From a virus (taxonomy: Duplodnaviria; Caudoviricetes), in the IMG/VR virus record IMGVR_UViG_3300005099_000473, positions 1 through 57,952 of that record: a DNA stretch of 57,952 nucleotides; one strand, given 5' to 3'. A program made the position numbers and the translations under genes. The notes under the pieces were generated by a model that saw only the letters and a list, made by a program, of their open reading frames with translations, was not told the DNA's origin and did no database searches. Shown in pieces: positions 35,714 through 44,653 of this stretch (positions within the stretch are counted from its first letter, which is position 1; each line of letters starts with the position of its first letter).

Positions 35714-36399
35714 TAAGGGTGGTCAGAGTACTATTTGTCAGTGATTTACATATTGAAGAAGATAATAAATATGGTCAGTTAAATTGGTTAAAAGCGTTAG
35801 TTAGAAAGTATAGGCCAGATATGTTGTTATGTGCTGGTGATAGTGGAGAATTAAGACCAGAAGATATTGAAGGTTTGGAAGTTCAGTTTTATACAATTTA
35901 TGGTAATCATGATAGGCCAGAGTTTGTTCAGTCCGATAAAGCATTAAGTAAGTATTGGTTGGCAGACGGTTTGCATGTGTTTTATAATGGGTTGAGAATA
36001 TTGGTATGGAATGGCATTTTTGGATTTAGAACAGATAGAAAGAGGAAATGGTATCATAGAAGTTTGGATGATGCAGTTCGTTTGGCTTTCAAGCATCAGA
36101 GGTCAAAAGTAGATATTTTTATAAGTCATGAAGTGCCATGGTATCAGTTTGGTAAGAAAAGAACGCAAGAGTATTTGGCAGTAATGAATTTTATTGTTAA
36201 AATGGTTAAACCAAAGGTTTGGTTGAATGGACATATGCATTTGCCTGAGCCAGTTACGTATGATGTGAAAACATTTAAACCAACAGTTTATGTAAGAGTT
36301 GATAGTAGAGTATGTAGTCATGGTTATGCAGTTATTGATTTTAAAGGGGATGATTTTAAGGTTAAGTTAGGAGGTGTTAAGCAATGTTCATTGTTTTGA
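35710..36399 (+). CDS. Calcineurin-like metallophosphoesterase
   Basis: SDLH, AGD, GNHD, SHE, GHMH. Confidence 0.85.
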   Translation: MIRVVRVLFVSDLHIEEDNKYGQLNWLKALVRKYRPDMLLCAGDSGELRPEDIEGLEVQFYTIYGNHDRPEFVQSDKALSKYWLADGLHVFYNGLRILVWNGIFGFRTDRKRKWYHRSLDDAVRLAFKHQRSKVDIFISHEVPWYQFGKKRTQEYLAVMNFIVKMVKPKVWLNGHMHLPEPVTYDVKTFKPTVYVRVDSRVCSHGYAVIDFKGDDFKVKLGGVKQCSLF

Positions 36400-36984
36400 A
36401 AGGAAATTTTCTGCATTTCATAATGGAGAGACCAGAACTGATTGATGTTATTAAGTTTGATAATATGGCCGATGTAGAGAAGTGGATAGAGGATGAGCAT
36501 TGGAATGTCATTAAGAAAATTGAAGTTGAAGGTAAAGTATTGTATGTAGTTAATGATGGCTTTAATGAGTTTGAAGTTTTAGTGTTGGAGGTTTGAGTAT
36601 GCCAGTGGTAATTGTTGAATATGCGCTTAAGTTTAGTAGTGAGGAAGAGTATTATGAGTTTAGAGATATGATTGAAGCTTTAAAGAAGTTAGGAGTGTTT
36701 GATTTTGAAAAGTGCGTAATAGGGAAGAAAGTCCATGTTAGAGAGGATGGTGGTTTTGAGTCTCAGGTAAATAGTTTTCCGCCTGCGTATGATAGTACAG
36801 AGTGGAAATGGAAATGGACAACTGAGGGGTGGCCAAGATGAAAATATACTTAAATAGGAGTAAGATTGAAATAAAGAAGGAGATTGAGAGACTGAAGAAA
36901 GTTTTGGAGAATGAGAATGTGCCGATAGTTAGAGTGTATATTAAAAGTAAGATTGAAGAGTTAGAGAAGGAGTTAGTAAGATAA
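36384..36984 (+). other. Three small hypothetical genes (36384-36596, 36593-36841, 36838-36984)
   Basis: Overlapping start/stop codons and RBS-like sequences; no motifs. Confidence 0.45.
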
Positions 36985-36992
36985 GTAAAATT

Positions 36993-37008
36993 AACAAAAC
37001 TTTATAAA
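36993..37008 (+). promoter_or_regulatory. BRE/TATA-like promoter upstream of the first DpdA-like gene
   Basis: AACAAAACTTTATAAA. Confidence 0.55.
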
Positions 37009-37024
37009 GGATTTATATAGGAGG

Positions 37025-38104
37025 TTGATGCTATTGAGTGATTTGGTTTTGTTTTATTCAGGGTTTGACAGTACTGACAGGTTAAAGAGATTGATAGAGG
37101 TAATGGAGAATGGGTTTAATGTTTCAGGAGTTTTGGTGACGTTTATTGGTCTTGAAGGTAGTGTGATGAAATATTTAAAGTTATTGAAGAAAGAGTATGA
37201 TGTTAAGTTAATGTTGGATAGTGGTGCGTTTAGTTTTAATAAAGCGTTATGGTGGATGAATGGAATAGTGAAGTTTGAGCCTTCTGAGAAAGTTTTACAA
37301 ATTATGAAGTATAAGAGATATGACTGGTATTTTAGAAAATATCTAAGATTTTTAAAGAGAAATATTGATTTGTTTGATGTTTATGCTGAGTTAGATTTAC
37401 AGTTAGTTGTTGGAACAGAGAAAGTTAATGAGTGGAGAGAGATGTTCATTAAAGAAGGTCTGGAGCCTGTTTTGGTTTGGCATGGGGAAAATGAAAAAGG
37501 AGTAATTGAAATGTTGCAGTATGGGGATAAGTTTGGATTTCCTTGGAAACAGTTAGATAAAAGACCAGAGGATATAATGCAGTTAGTTAGGTTTGTTAAG
37601 AAGAATGGTGCAAAATGGATACATTGGTTTGGTATGACTCGTTGGAATGTTTTGAGACAGTTATCATTGGAGAAAATATTGAATAGTGCTGATAGTACTG
37701 CTTGGGCATCTGCTCAGAGATATGGTGTTGTATATGTTATAGATGGGGAAAGTCAAGTAAGAAGTCTTCAGATTTCGTTTAATAGTAAGAGAGGTACAGA
37801 TGATAAGAAGAAGGTTGTGGCAAGTCAGTATAGAAAGTTTTTAGAACAAAATAAAGAAAAGATAATTGAGCTTGGGTTAGATTATGAGAAAATATTTGGT
37901 TTGAAAGACTGGAGAGAAGTGTCTTTTATGAATTTATTGGTATTTCAATGGGGTTTAGAAGAATTAAATAAGGAGCTTAAATCTGGCAAAAGGTTTAAAT
38001 ATTTGGATTTAGAAAAACATATGAGGAATGGGGATGGAGTATTTGATAATATAAGATTAAAGCCAAAAAGAAAAGATATTGATTTGGGGAGGTGGTTGAG
38101 TTGA
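37025..38104 (+). CDS. DpdA/TGT-like transglycosylase 1 (7-deazaguanine insertion into DNA)
   Basis: LMLDSGAFS, AELD, PVLVWHG, IHWFG and SADSTAW are TGT-barrel motifs; located in the que cluster. Confidence 0.75.
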   Translation: MMLLSDLVLFYSGFDSTDRLKRLIEVMENGFNVSGVLVTFIGLEGSVMKYLKLLKKEYDVKLMLDSGAFSFNKALWWMNGIVKFEPSEKVLQIMKYKRYDWYFRKYLRFLKRNIDLFDVYAELDLQLVVGTEKVNEWREMFIKEGLEPVLVWHGENEKGVIEMLQYGDKFGFPWKQLDKRPEDIMQLVRFVKKNGAKWIHWFGMTRWNVLRQLSLEKILNSADSTAWASAQRYGVVYVIDGESQVRSLQISFNSKRGTDDKKKVVASQYRKFLEQNKEKIIELGLDYEKIFGLKDWREVSFMNLLVFQWGLEELNKELKSGKRFKYLDLEKHMRNGDGVFDNIRLKPKRKDIDLGRWLS

Positions 38105-38547
38105 AAGTTACATATTTGGATTATGGGAAAGTGTATGAAATGCTTCTGCAATTGGAAGGTATTGATAAATATGATAGAATTGTTGGTATTGGAAGAGCAG
38201 GAATTATTCTGGCTGGAATGCTTGCAACGATGCACGATAAGAGATTGTCCTATGTTGTTTTGGGAAAGGAGAATGGGGTATATCCAGTTCCTGATAAGTC
38301 AGAGAAAATATTGTTAGTAGATGATGTGCTTGCAACTGGTAAGACAATGAAAATTGTTGAGGAAATGTTCAAGGGATATGATTATGACATTTATGTTATT
38401 GTTGATGGTATTGATAGGGCAAAATATAGACCGGAGAAGTATATGTGTTCGATAGTAGCAGAGGAAAGTAATTGGATATTGTTTCCTTGGGATTTGATAG
38501 ATTTTGTTATAGGAGAAAGAAAAAGTTATTCAAGGTGGAGAGTATGA
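38092..38547 (+). CDS. Type I phosphoribosyltransferase
   Basis: GIGRAG, LLVDDVLATGKTM (PRPP-binding loop), W.LFPW. Confidence 0.85.
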   Translation: MVELKVTYLDYGKVYEMLLQLEGIDKYDRIVGIGRAGIILAGMLATMHDKRLSYVVLGKENGVYPVPDKSEKILLVDDVLATGKTMKIVEEMFKGYDYDIYVIVDGIDRAKYRPEKYMCSIVAEESNWILFPWDLIDFVIGERKSYSRWRV

Positions 38548-38852
38548 GGGAAAGAAAGATTTATGCTTTTGATTTAGATGGTGTGCTCTGTGAAGAAGGT
38601 GATTGGAGACCAGGAGGAATGATAAAGAGAAAACCAATTAAAGAAAATATTGAGAAAGTAAATAAGTTGTTTGATATGGGTAACATTATTGTAATATTTA
38701 CTGCCCGTCTTGAGGAAGACCGTCCAGTAACTGAAGCTTGGTTAAAGTTGAATGGTGTAAAGTATGATTATCTAATAATGGGAAAGCCAAGATTTGATGT
38801 GTATGTGGATGAAAGAAGGAAAGTGATAGGAATTGAGGATTTGGAGGTGTGA
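38544..38852 (+). CDS. Small HAD-family phosphatase
   Basis: FDLDG, FTAR, MGKP..D.YVDE. Confidence 0.82.
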   Translation: MRERKIYAFDLDGVLCEEGDWRPGGMIKRKPIKENIEKVNKLFDMGNIIVIFTARLEEDRPVTEAWLKLNGVKYDYLIMGKPRFDVYVDERRKVIGIEDLEV

Positions 38853-38855
38853 TGT

Positions 38856-39656
38856 ATGAGTATTTGGGAACATACTGTTCCGTATAAAAGGTATAAGCTT
38901 GCCATAATGTGGTCAGGAGGTATGGATACGACAATTGCTTGGTTTTATGCTATGAAGAATGAATATAAGCCCGAGGATGTAGTTATGATACATTTGGCGA
39001 TTGGTGAGCCATATGAGGAGAAGCAACAGAAAGCGATTAAGATGTTAAGTCCGTATATTGAGAGTGATATTTTAATGTTTGATTTTGACCTTTTGAGAAA
39101 AGAAATTGGGAATGTTCCGACGCCAGATAAACAGATTGTTCCAGGCAGAAATTTATTGATTGCATATCTTGGAGCATTTTTTGCGGATAGGGTCTGGTTA
39201 GGAGCTTTGGATGGTGAAATGCATAGATATATGCCTGATAAGAATATGGTGTTTTTCCAATTGACAAGTGGAATATTGTCGTATATTATGGATAAAGATA
39301 TTGTGGTTGAAACTCCGTTTGCTACAATGAGTAAGTCGGAAGTTTTGAAATGGATGGTTGATATGTATGGAAAAGAATATACTGAGGAAGTTATTTCTAA
39401 GACTGTTACTTGTTATGACCCTGATGAATGGGCATGTGGAAAGTGTTCGACTTGTTTCAAGAGATGGATAGCGTATGTTAATGCAGGTTTGGATTGGAGT
39501 AAGTATTGGAAAGTTAATCCAGCTGAGAGTGAGGTAGCTAAGAGTTTAGTGAGGAAGTATAAAGAGGCTGAAAGAAAAGGAGAATATAGTCATTACAGTA
39601 GAAAAAGAATAAGAGAGACGTTTGAAGCATTAAGAAAAATGGGGGTTGAGATATGA
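38856..39656 (+). CDS. queC: 7-cyano-7-deazaguanine (preQ0) synthase
   Basis: SGGMDT, VPGRN, TP.....K, TCY....CGKCSTC.KR. Confidence 0.88.
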   Translation: MSIWEHTVPYKRYKLAIMWSGGMDTTIAWFYAMKNEYKPEDVVMIHLAIGEPYEEKQQKAIKMLSPYIESDILMFDFDLLRKEIGNVPTPDKQIVPGRNLLIAYLGAFFADRVWLGALDGEMHRYMPDKNMVFFQLTSGILSYIMDKDIVVETPFATMSKSEVLKWMVDMYGKEYTEEVISKTVTCYDPDEWACGKCSTCFKRWIAYVNAGLDWSKYWKVNPAESEVAKSLVRKYKEAERKGEYSHYSRKRIRETFEALRKMGVEI

Positions 39657-40846
39657 AGGTGTTTTTGGCAGGTGCTGAGTCTTTTATTGATTTGGTAAAG
39701 AAAGTTCAGCCAAAGTATGTTCTTATGTCTTTTTATTATTTGAAAGAAAAGAATATTGATATCAGTGATTTGTATGATTTGGGAGTTAGTATTTTTATTG
39801 ATAGTGGTGGTTTTACGTTCAGGACAAAACATAAAGTAGATTCTGTTCCAATGACATATATTGATGAGTATGCTCAGTGGTTGCTTGAGAATGAAAAGTA
39901 TTTATTTGCGTATGCTAATGTTGATGTTTTAGATGTAAATGAAACTAAAAGAAATCAAGAATATTTAGAGGATGAATATGGGTTAAGGCCTGTCCCTGTC
40001 TGGCATTATGGAGAAAGTGATGATATTATGAGAGAGTATGTTGAAGTTTATGATTATGTTGCTTTTGGTGGTTTTGCCGGTGGAAATGATAAAGTTTTTG
40101 TAAGAGATAGGGTTTTGAATTCGTTAAGAAAAGCTAAGAGGTTTAATGAGGATGTTAAAGTTCATGTGTTTGGATATGCGGGTGATTTGAGAAGTATAGC
40201 TGGTTTGGCATATAGTTGTGATGTTACTTCTTGGATTGCAGGGAGATATGGTAAAGTTAGTTTGTTCAGAAACAATATTGTTGAAATGGTACATTGGAAA
40301 GAGGGTCAGATAATTTTAAAGAGTAAAGCTGAAGAGTATGGTTTTGATTTTGAAAAGATTAAGAAAGGAGATTATCATGTTCTGAATGAACTGTCTATGT
40401 GGGAGTGGAAGAAAGCTCAAGAGTTTTATGAGGATTATGAGGTGAATATTGGTATGGCGCAGTCAGATATAGATGATTTAATTGAGCAAATTAAGATAAA
40501 ATATGGTGTAAGTCTTGAAATAGAAGAAATAATGAGGTTTTTAATAGATGAAAAGTTTAAACGATATGTATTTGCAAGGAAGTTAGAAGAGCAACAGGGA
40601 ATTATTGATAGGTCAGTAACGCAGTTAGAGGATAGTCTGGCTCAGTTAATTGAGAAGTATATGAAGATAAAGTATCCAGAAAGGTTTAGAACTGTTCGTA
40701 TTAGAGAAGAGAAAGTAAATGAAGAAAAAGAAGCATACTTATGGGAAGAAAAGCTTCAGAGAATTGAAAAGATATTTGCTCGGTCTGTTTCTGAGGAAGA
40801 GGAAGAGGATGAGGAAAGTAAAGTTCCAGTTGTGGTTGAGGAGTAA
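39653..40846 (+). CDS. DpdA/TGT-like transglycosylase 2 fused to a C-terminal helical domain (terminase small subunit candidate)
   Basis: IFIDSGGFT, ANVD, PVWHYG, KVHVFG, SCDVTSW; in-frame internal RBS GAGGTGA (40439-40445) with ATG at 40454; immediately upstream of TerL. Confidence 0.7.
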   Translation: MKVFLAGAESFIDLVKKVQPKYVLMSFYYLKEKNIDISDLYDLGVSIFIDSGGFTFRTKHKVDSVPMTYIDEYAQWLLENEKYLFAYANVDVLDVNETKRNQEYLEDEYGLRPVPVWHYGESDDIMREYVEVYDYVAFGGFAGGNDKVFVRDRVLNSLRKAKRFNEDVKVHVFGYAGDLRSIAGLAYSCDVTSWIAGRYGKVSLFRNNIVEMVHWKEGQIILKSKAEEYGFDFEKIKKGDYHVLNELSMWEWKKAQEFYEDYEVNIGMAQSDIDDLIEQIKIKYGVSLEIEEIMRFLIDEKFKRYVFARKLEEQQGIIDRSVTQLEDSLAQLIEKYMKIKYPERFRTVRIREEKVNEEKEAYLWEEKLQRIEKIFARSVSEEEEEDEESKVPVVVEE

Positions 40847-40857
40847 GGTGGTGAAAT

Positions 40858-42243
40858 GTGAATATTGAATATGTTAAAGAAAAGTTAAGAGAATTGAGTA
40901 AGAAGTATCCGATTGGTTTTGCTGAGTGGATTAGTGGATTTAAATTGTTTCCGTATCAGAGAAAGTTTTTGGCTGACCAGAGTAAGAGGTTGATATTTGT
41001 TGCAGGGCGTCAGATTGGAAAAAGTACGATTGTTGCATTAAAGGCTCTGTGGAGAGCTTGGACACATGAAAATCAAGTGATTTTAGTAATTGCTCCGACA
41101 TTTAGACAATCAAAAATATTGTTCGATAAAATAAGGAGTTTTTTGATGAATGAGGATTTGATAATGAATGATGTGGTAAGATTGACAATGCATGATATTG
41201 TTTTTAAGAATGGAAGTAGTATTCATTGTTTGCCTGCGGTTCAGGAGAATATTCGTGGTTATACTGCTGATATGATAATTGTTGATGAGGCCGCGTATGT
41301 TCCAGATGAGGTTTTTACAGCAATTGAACCGTCTCTGGCAGTTAAAGATGGGACATTGATATTATTGGGCAGTCCATATACGCCTAGTGGATATTTCTAT
41401 AGAGCATGGACAAGTTCAGACTGGAGTAAGTATCATGTTAGTTCGTATAAGAATCCATTGATTAGAAAAGAATGGATTGAAAAGTATAGGGCAAGTCATA
41501 CAGAAATTGAATTCAGACGTGAGATTTTAGGTGAGTTTGTTGAAGAGACTGAAGAAGGATTGTTCAGTTTGGATGCAGTTCGTAGGGCAATGAAGTTAAA
41601 GAGAACTGGCAGTCCTGTTCCGGGGTATCGTTATTTTATGGGAGTTGATTTGGCAAGATTCGGTAAAGATATGACTGCGGTTGTTCTTATTGGTGTTAAA
41701 GAAGGTGATGAGGAAGCTCCGTTTGAGATGCATGCTTTGTATTATAGACAGAAAAGACCGTTAAATGAGACAATTGGTTGGTTATTGGATTTGAATATGA
41801 AATGGAAACCAGAAAAGATTTTTGTTGATGCGAATGGACTTGGAGCCGGTGTTTATGATGTATTGGTTGAGAAATTGGGAAGTATGGTTAATGATGTAAA
41901 AGTAAGTGGCAGGGAAAGAGTAGAAATGTATATGACAACAAAGAGGTTGCTTGAAGAAGGCAAATTATTGTTGATAAATGATAGTAAGTTATTGGAGCAT
42001 TTCTTGAATTACGAAGTTAAGTATACAAGTAGTGGTAAGATTAGAGTAATAAAGAAGCCAGAAGGTCATGATGATATTTCAGATGCGACAGTTTATGCAG
42101 TTTATGGTGCAGTTATGACGTTAGGTTATGGTCAGAGAGTATATGCAGCCAGTTTTGATTTAGATGAATTAACTGATAAGATTACAGAGATTGAAACGAA
42201 AGCTTATGGTGATGTTGGTTACGAAAGATATTGGGGGTGGTGA
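40858..42243 (+). CDS. terL: Terminase large subunit
   Basis: PYQ, AGRQIGKS (Walker A), IIVDEAA (Walker B), GVDLARFGKD and HDDISDA nuclease motifs. Confidence 0.93.
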   Translation: MNIEYVKEKLRELSKKYPIGFAEWISGFKLFPYQRKFLADQSKRLIFVAGRQIGKSTIVALKALWRAWTHENQVILVIAPTFRQSKILFDKIRSFLMNEDLIMNDVVRLTMHDIVFKNGSSIHCLPAVQENIRGYTADMIIVDEAAYVPDEVFTAIEPSLAVKDGTLILLGSPYTPSGYFYRAWTSSDWSKYHVSSYKNPLIRKEWIEKYRASHTEIEFRREILGEFVEETEEGLFSLDAVRRAMKLKRTGSPVPGYRYFMGVDLARFGKDMTAVVLIGVKEGDEEAPFEMHALYYRQKRPLNETIGWLLDLNMKWKPEKIFVDANGLGAGVYDVLVEKLGSMVNDVKVSGRERVEMYMTTKRLLEEGKLLLINDSKLLEHFLNYEVKYTSSGKIRVIKKPEGHDDISDATVYAVYGAVMTLGYGQRVYAASFDLDELTDKITEIETKAYGDVGYERYWGW

Positions 42244-42244
42244 A

Positions 42245-43447
42245 ATGGCAGTTTTAGTTAAAGTAAAAAGATATTATAATGATGATTATGGTAGAGAACG
42301 TGATGATGAGTTTGAAGTAAGTATTACAGTATTTGGGTTAGATGAAATTATAGTTAATGACATTTTGAATGACATGGACTTTGAGTATATTGTGGGTTAT
42401 GACGAATGGAGAATTACTGGCGATGATGGTATGGAGTATGTGGTTGAAGTTGAGGAAATAGATGAAAGTGATACAGTTTTGGTTGGAGATGAAAAGGCAG
42501 TCTTAATGATGTTAGAAGGGTTAATTAAGAAGTTAATTTCTGAAGAGTGGGATGAGTAAGGTGATAGTTATGTCATATGAATTGATTTTAAAGATTTTTA
42601 CGTATGTTGGTTTTGTAGTAGTTAGTGCAGTACTGTTATTGTTAGCAAGTTTTATGTGTTGGTTGGCATTTGAAATGTTCAAAACAGTATTTGAAAGGAC
42701 AAAGATATATAAGACAGTGATTGAATTTGCCAAAGAGAATGAGGAATATATTTATGAATGGAAAGAAAGAAAAAGAAAGGAGCGTGATAATCATGGAGAA
42801 TAGATTTGAAGGTTGTAAAGTTTTGTGGGGAAAGAGATATAGGGGAACAGTTTCAAGAGTTATTAGATATGCAGAAGCAGTTATTGAAACAAAAGATGGA
42901 AAACTTTATTATGTCGATGCGAGTCTTGACTTTGGCGAATGGGAAGTTGATGTTTCAGTGAATGTTCATTTGGTTGAGAAGTTTGATAAAGAAACGAAGC
43001 AAGTTAAGAGAAAAAGAGGTTTTGTCGCAATCAATTCGAAAGAGTGGGAGTATCTTGAAAAATTGTTATTAAGTGAGTGTGATAGTAATGCCCAAGATAG
43101 CTGAAGAAAAAAGAAAAATAAAGACGTTTTATTGGAGTAGTACAGAGCAGGGTTTGTTAGATGAAGTCAGGGATTTATTGATAAAAATAGACAAGGAAAA
43201 GTATGGCTGGAAATATGTAAAGGCTGAACTGGACAAGAAAAATAAAGGAAAATACTCTGACAGTATGATAATGAGGTTTATAATAGAAAAGGCTGGCGGA
43301 TTGACGTTAAAGATGTTAAGTGAGGAATTGGAAAGTTTAAGAAAAGGCAAAAAGAAGAAAAAGCCGGAGAAAACCCCAAATCCGATAGAACGGATTGTAA
43401 AGGACGTTAGCGACAGAAGTGACTTATATTGGTTGCAGGCGGAATAA
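42245..43447 (+). other. Four hypothetical genes (42245-42559, 42552-42803 with a TM helix, 42793-43104, 43088-43447)
   Basis: Overlapping + strand ORFs; no clear family. Confidence 0.5.
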
Positions 43448-43464
43448 TAAAAATAAAAAGGTGA

Positions 43465-43851
43465 ATGAACATGAATCTGGAAAAGGAAAGAAAAAGAAAG
43501 TTAAGATTGAGATTAAGACCATTTGACATAACTGATGATAGAAGAAGTAGAATTGGGAATAAAATGTGTATATTCTGTGGAACAACTGACCTACTGGATA
43601 CAGCCAGAGGATTTTATTTATGTGATGACCATTTTAGGAGACTGCCCTCTTATATTGGAGTAAAGGCAAAACCGATAATTCCATTAGGCTCTGAGAAATG
43701 CATTGTCTGTGGCAAGTTATTATGGACTGACTTCATAACTAAATACAAGTATGGCTGGTATATTATTGAAGCTCCGGTATGTATAAGATGTATGTGGCGT
43801 ATATTGGGAAGACAAAGAAAGCCATTAAAGGCCAATGACGAAAGGATATGA
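43465..43851 (+). CDS. Zinc-finger protein
   Basis: CIFC...CDDH and CIVC...CIRC. Confidence 0.6.
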   Translation: MNMNLEKERKRKLRLRLRPFDITDDRRSRIGNKMCIFCGTTDLLDTARGFYLCDDHFRRLPSYIGVKAKPIIPLGSEKCIVCGKLLWTDFITKYKYGWYIIEAPVCIRCMWRILGRQRKPLKANDERI

Positions 43852-44071
43852 ATTTGTGTCAAATAGGCCACCTATTTTAAGGCAAATTGGACTGAAAAAT
43901 GAAACCCAGTGTAAATGGACTGCTCTAAAGGCTTGTATAAACGAAAAGAACTGCTCTGAATCCAGATTTAAAATACTCTGTCTCCTTTCTGGTTTTTTGA
44001 AAAGAAAGCCTCTAAACTGCCCTTTCAGGAATATTGTCTGGAAAATGCCTATACTGGACTGGAAATTCTGA
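43835..44071 (+). CDS. Small Cys-rich hypothetical protein
   Basis: Five Cys in 78 aa; atypical base composition, so coding status is less certain. Confidence 0.4.
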   Translation: MTKGYEFVSNRPPILRQIGLKNETQCKWTALKACINEKNCSESRFKILCLLSGFLKRKPLNCPFRNIVWKMPILDWKF

Positions 44072-44130
44072 TATATTAATATAAGAATACAATATATGAA
44101 TATGAGAATATGATTTTATGGTATGTATTT

Positions 44131-44244
44131 TTATTAAGTTGTAAACTAAACTATTTTTATGATAGAACTTAAAAACAAAAAATTTATTAAGTTATAAACT
44201 AAAAAAGACATAAAGAATTGTAAGTTATTAAGTTGTATCCTAAA
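44131..44244. repeat. Three 20-bp direct repeats in an AT-rich intergenic region
   Basis: TTATTAAGTTGTAAACTAAA (44131-44150), TTATTAAGTTATAAACTAAA (44184-44203), TTATTAAGTTGTATCCTAAA (44225-44244). Confidence 0.85.
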
Positions 44245-44259
44245 AAAGAGGTGGTAATA

Positions 44260-44613
44260 ATGAAAAGGATAGTTGCTATAGTTAATAAGGCCAATATTGA
44301 TATGGTAAGAAAAGAACTGGGCAGGAAAAGAATACCAAGTAAGCTTTGGGAGGATATATTGGTTGATTGGTCGGTTAGTCGGGTTGATGAAAGTAAGAAG
44401 TATGAGCCAGTTCAGGTGATTATTCAGGTTAATGATGATGTTTATGAGATTTTCAAGGAAGCAGTTAGGTATGTTTATGGGAATAAAAAGGGTTCAGTCA
44501 GCAAGGCAGTCCAGGAGGCTTTATTGAAGTATTTAAATGATAAAGTAAAGACAAATGAGAATAAGAAAAAGGCTGTTAAAGAATATTTTGAACAAAAAAC
44601 TTTTAAAGGATGA
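44260..44613 (+). CDS. Putative ribbon-helix-helix DNA-binding protein
   Basis: VQVIIQVNDDVYEIFKEAV...GSVSKAVQEALLKYL fits a strand-helix-helix pattern; ATG after GAGGTGG. Confidence 0.6.
   Translation: MKRIVAIVNKANIDMVRKELGRKRIPSKLWEDILVDWSVSRVDESKKYEPVQVIIQVNDDVYEIFKEAVRYVYGNKKGSVSKAVQEALLKYLNDKVKTNENKKKAVKEYFEQKTFKG
44591..44608 (+). promoter_or_regulatory. Conserved 18-bp viral promoter element, copy 1
   Basis: AACAAAAAACTTTTAAAG (A-rich BRE-like part plus TTTTAAA box). Confidence 0.7.
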
Positions 44614-44653
44614 AAACGAATTGCATATTGAGGAATTTAAGGAGGGAATTGAG

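Noticed and set aside
32097-40846. que genes as a tRNA queuosine/archaeosine pathway
   Set aside because: No QueF, QueA, QueG or ArcS and no tRNA genes were seen. The TGT-like proteins lack the C-terminal PUA extension of archaeal tRNA TGT, and the viral context favours DNA modification.
44131-44244. Three 20-bp repeats as a mini-CRISPR array
   Set aside because: The repeats are short and imperfect, and the spacers are unequal (33 and 21 bp) and low-complexity. One repeat overlaps a promoter-like element, so operators or iterons fit better.
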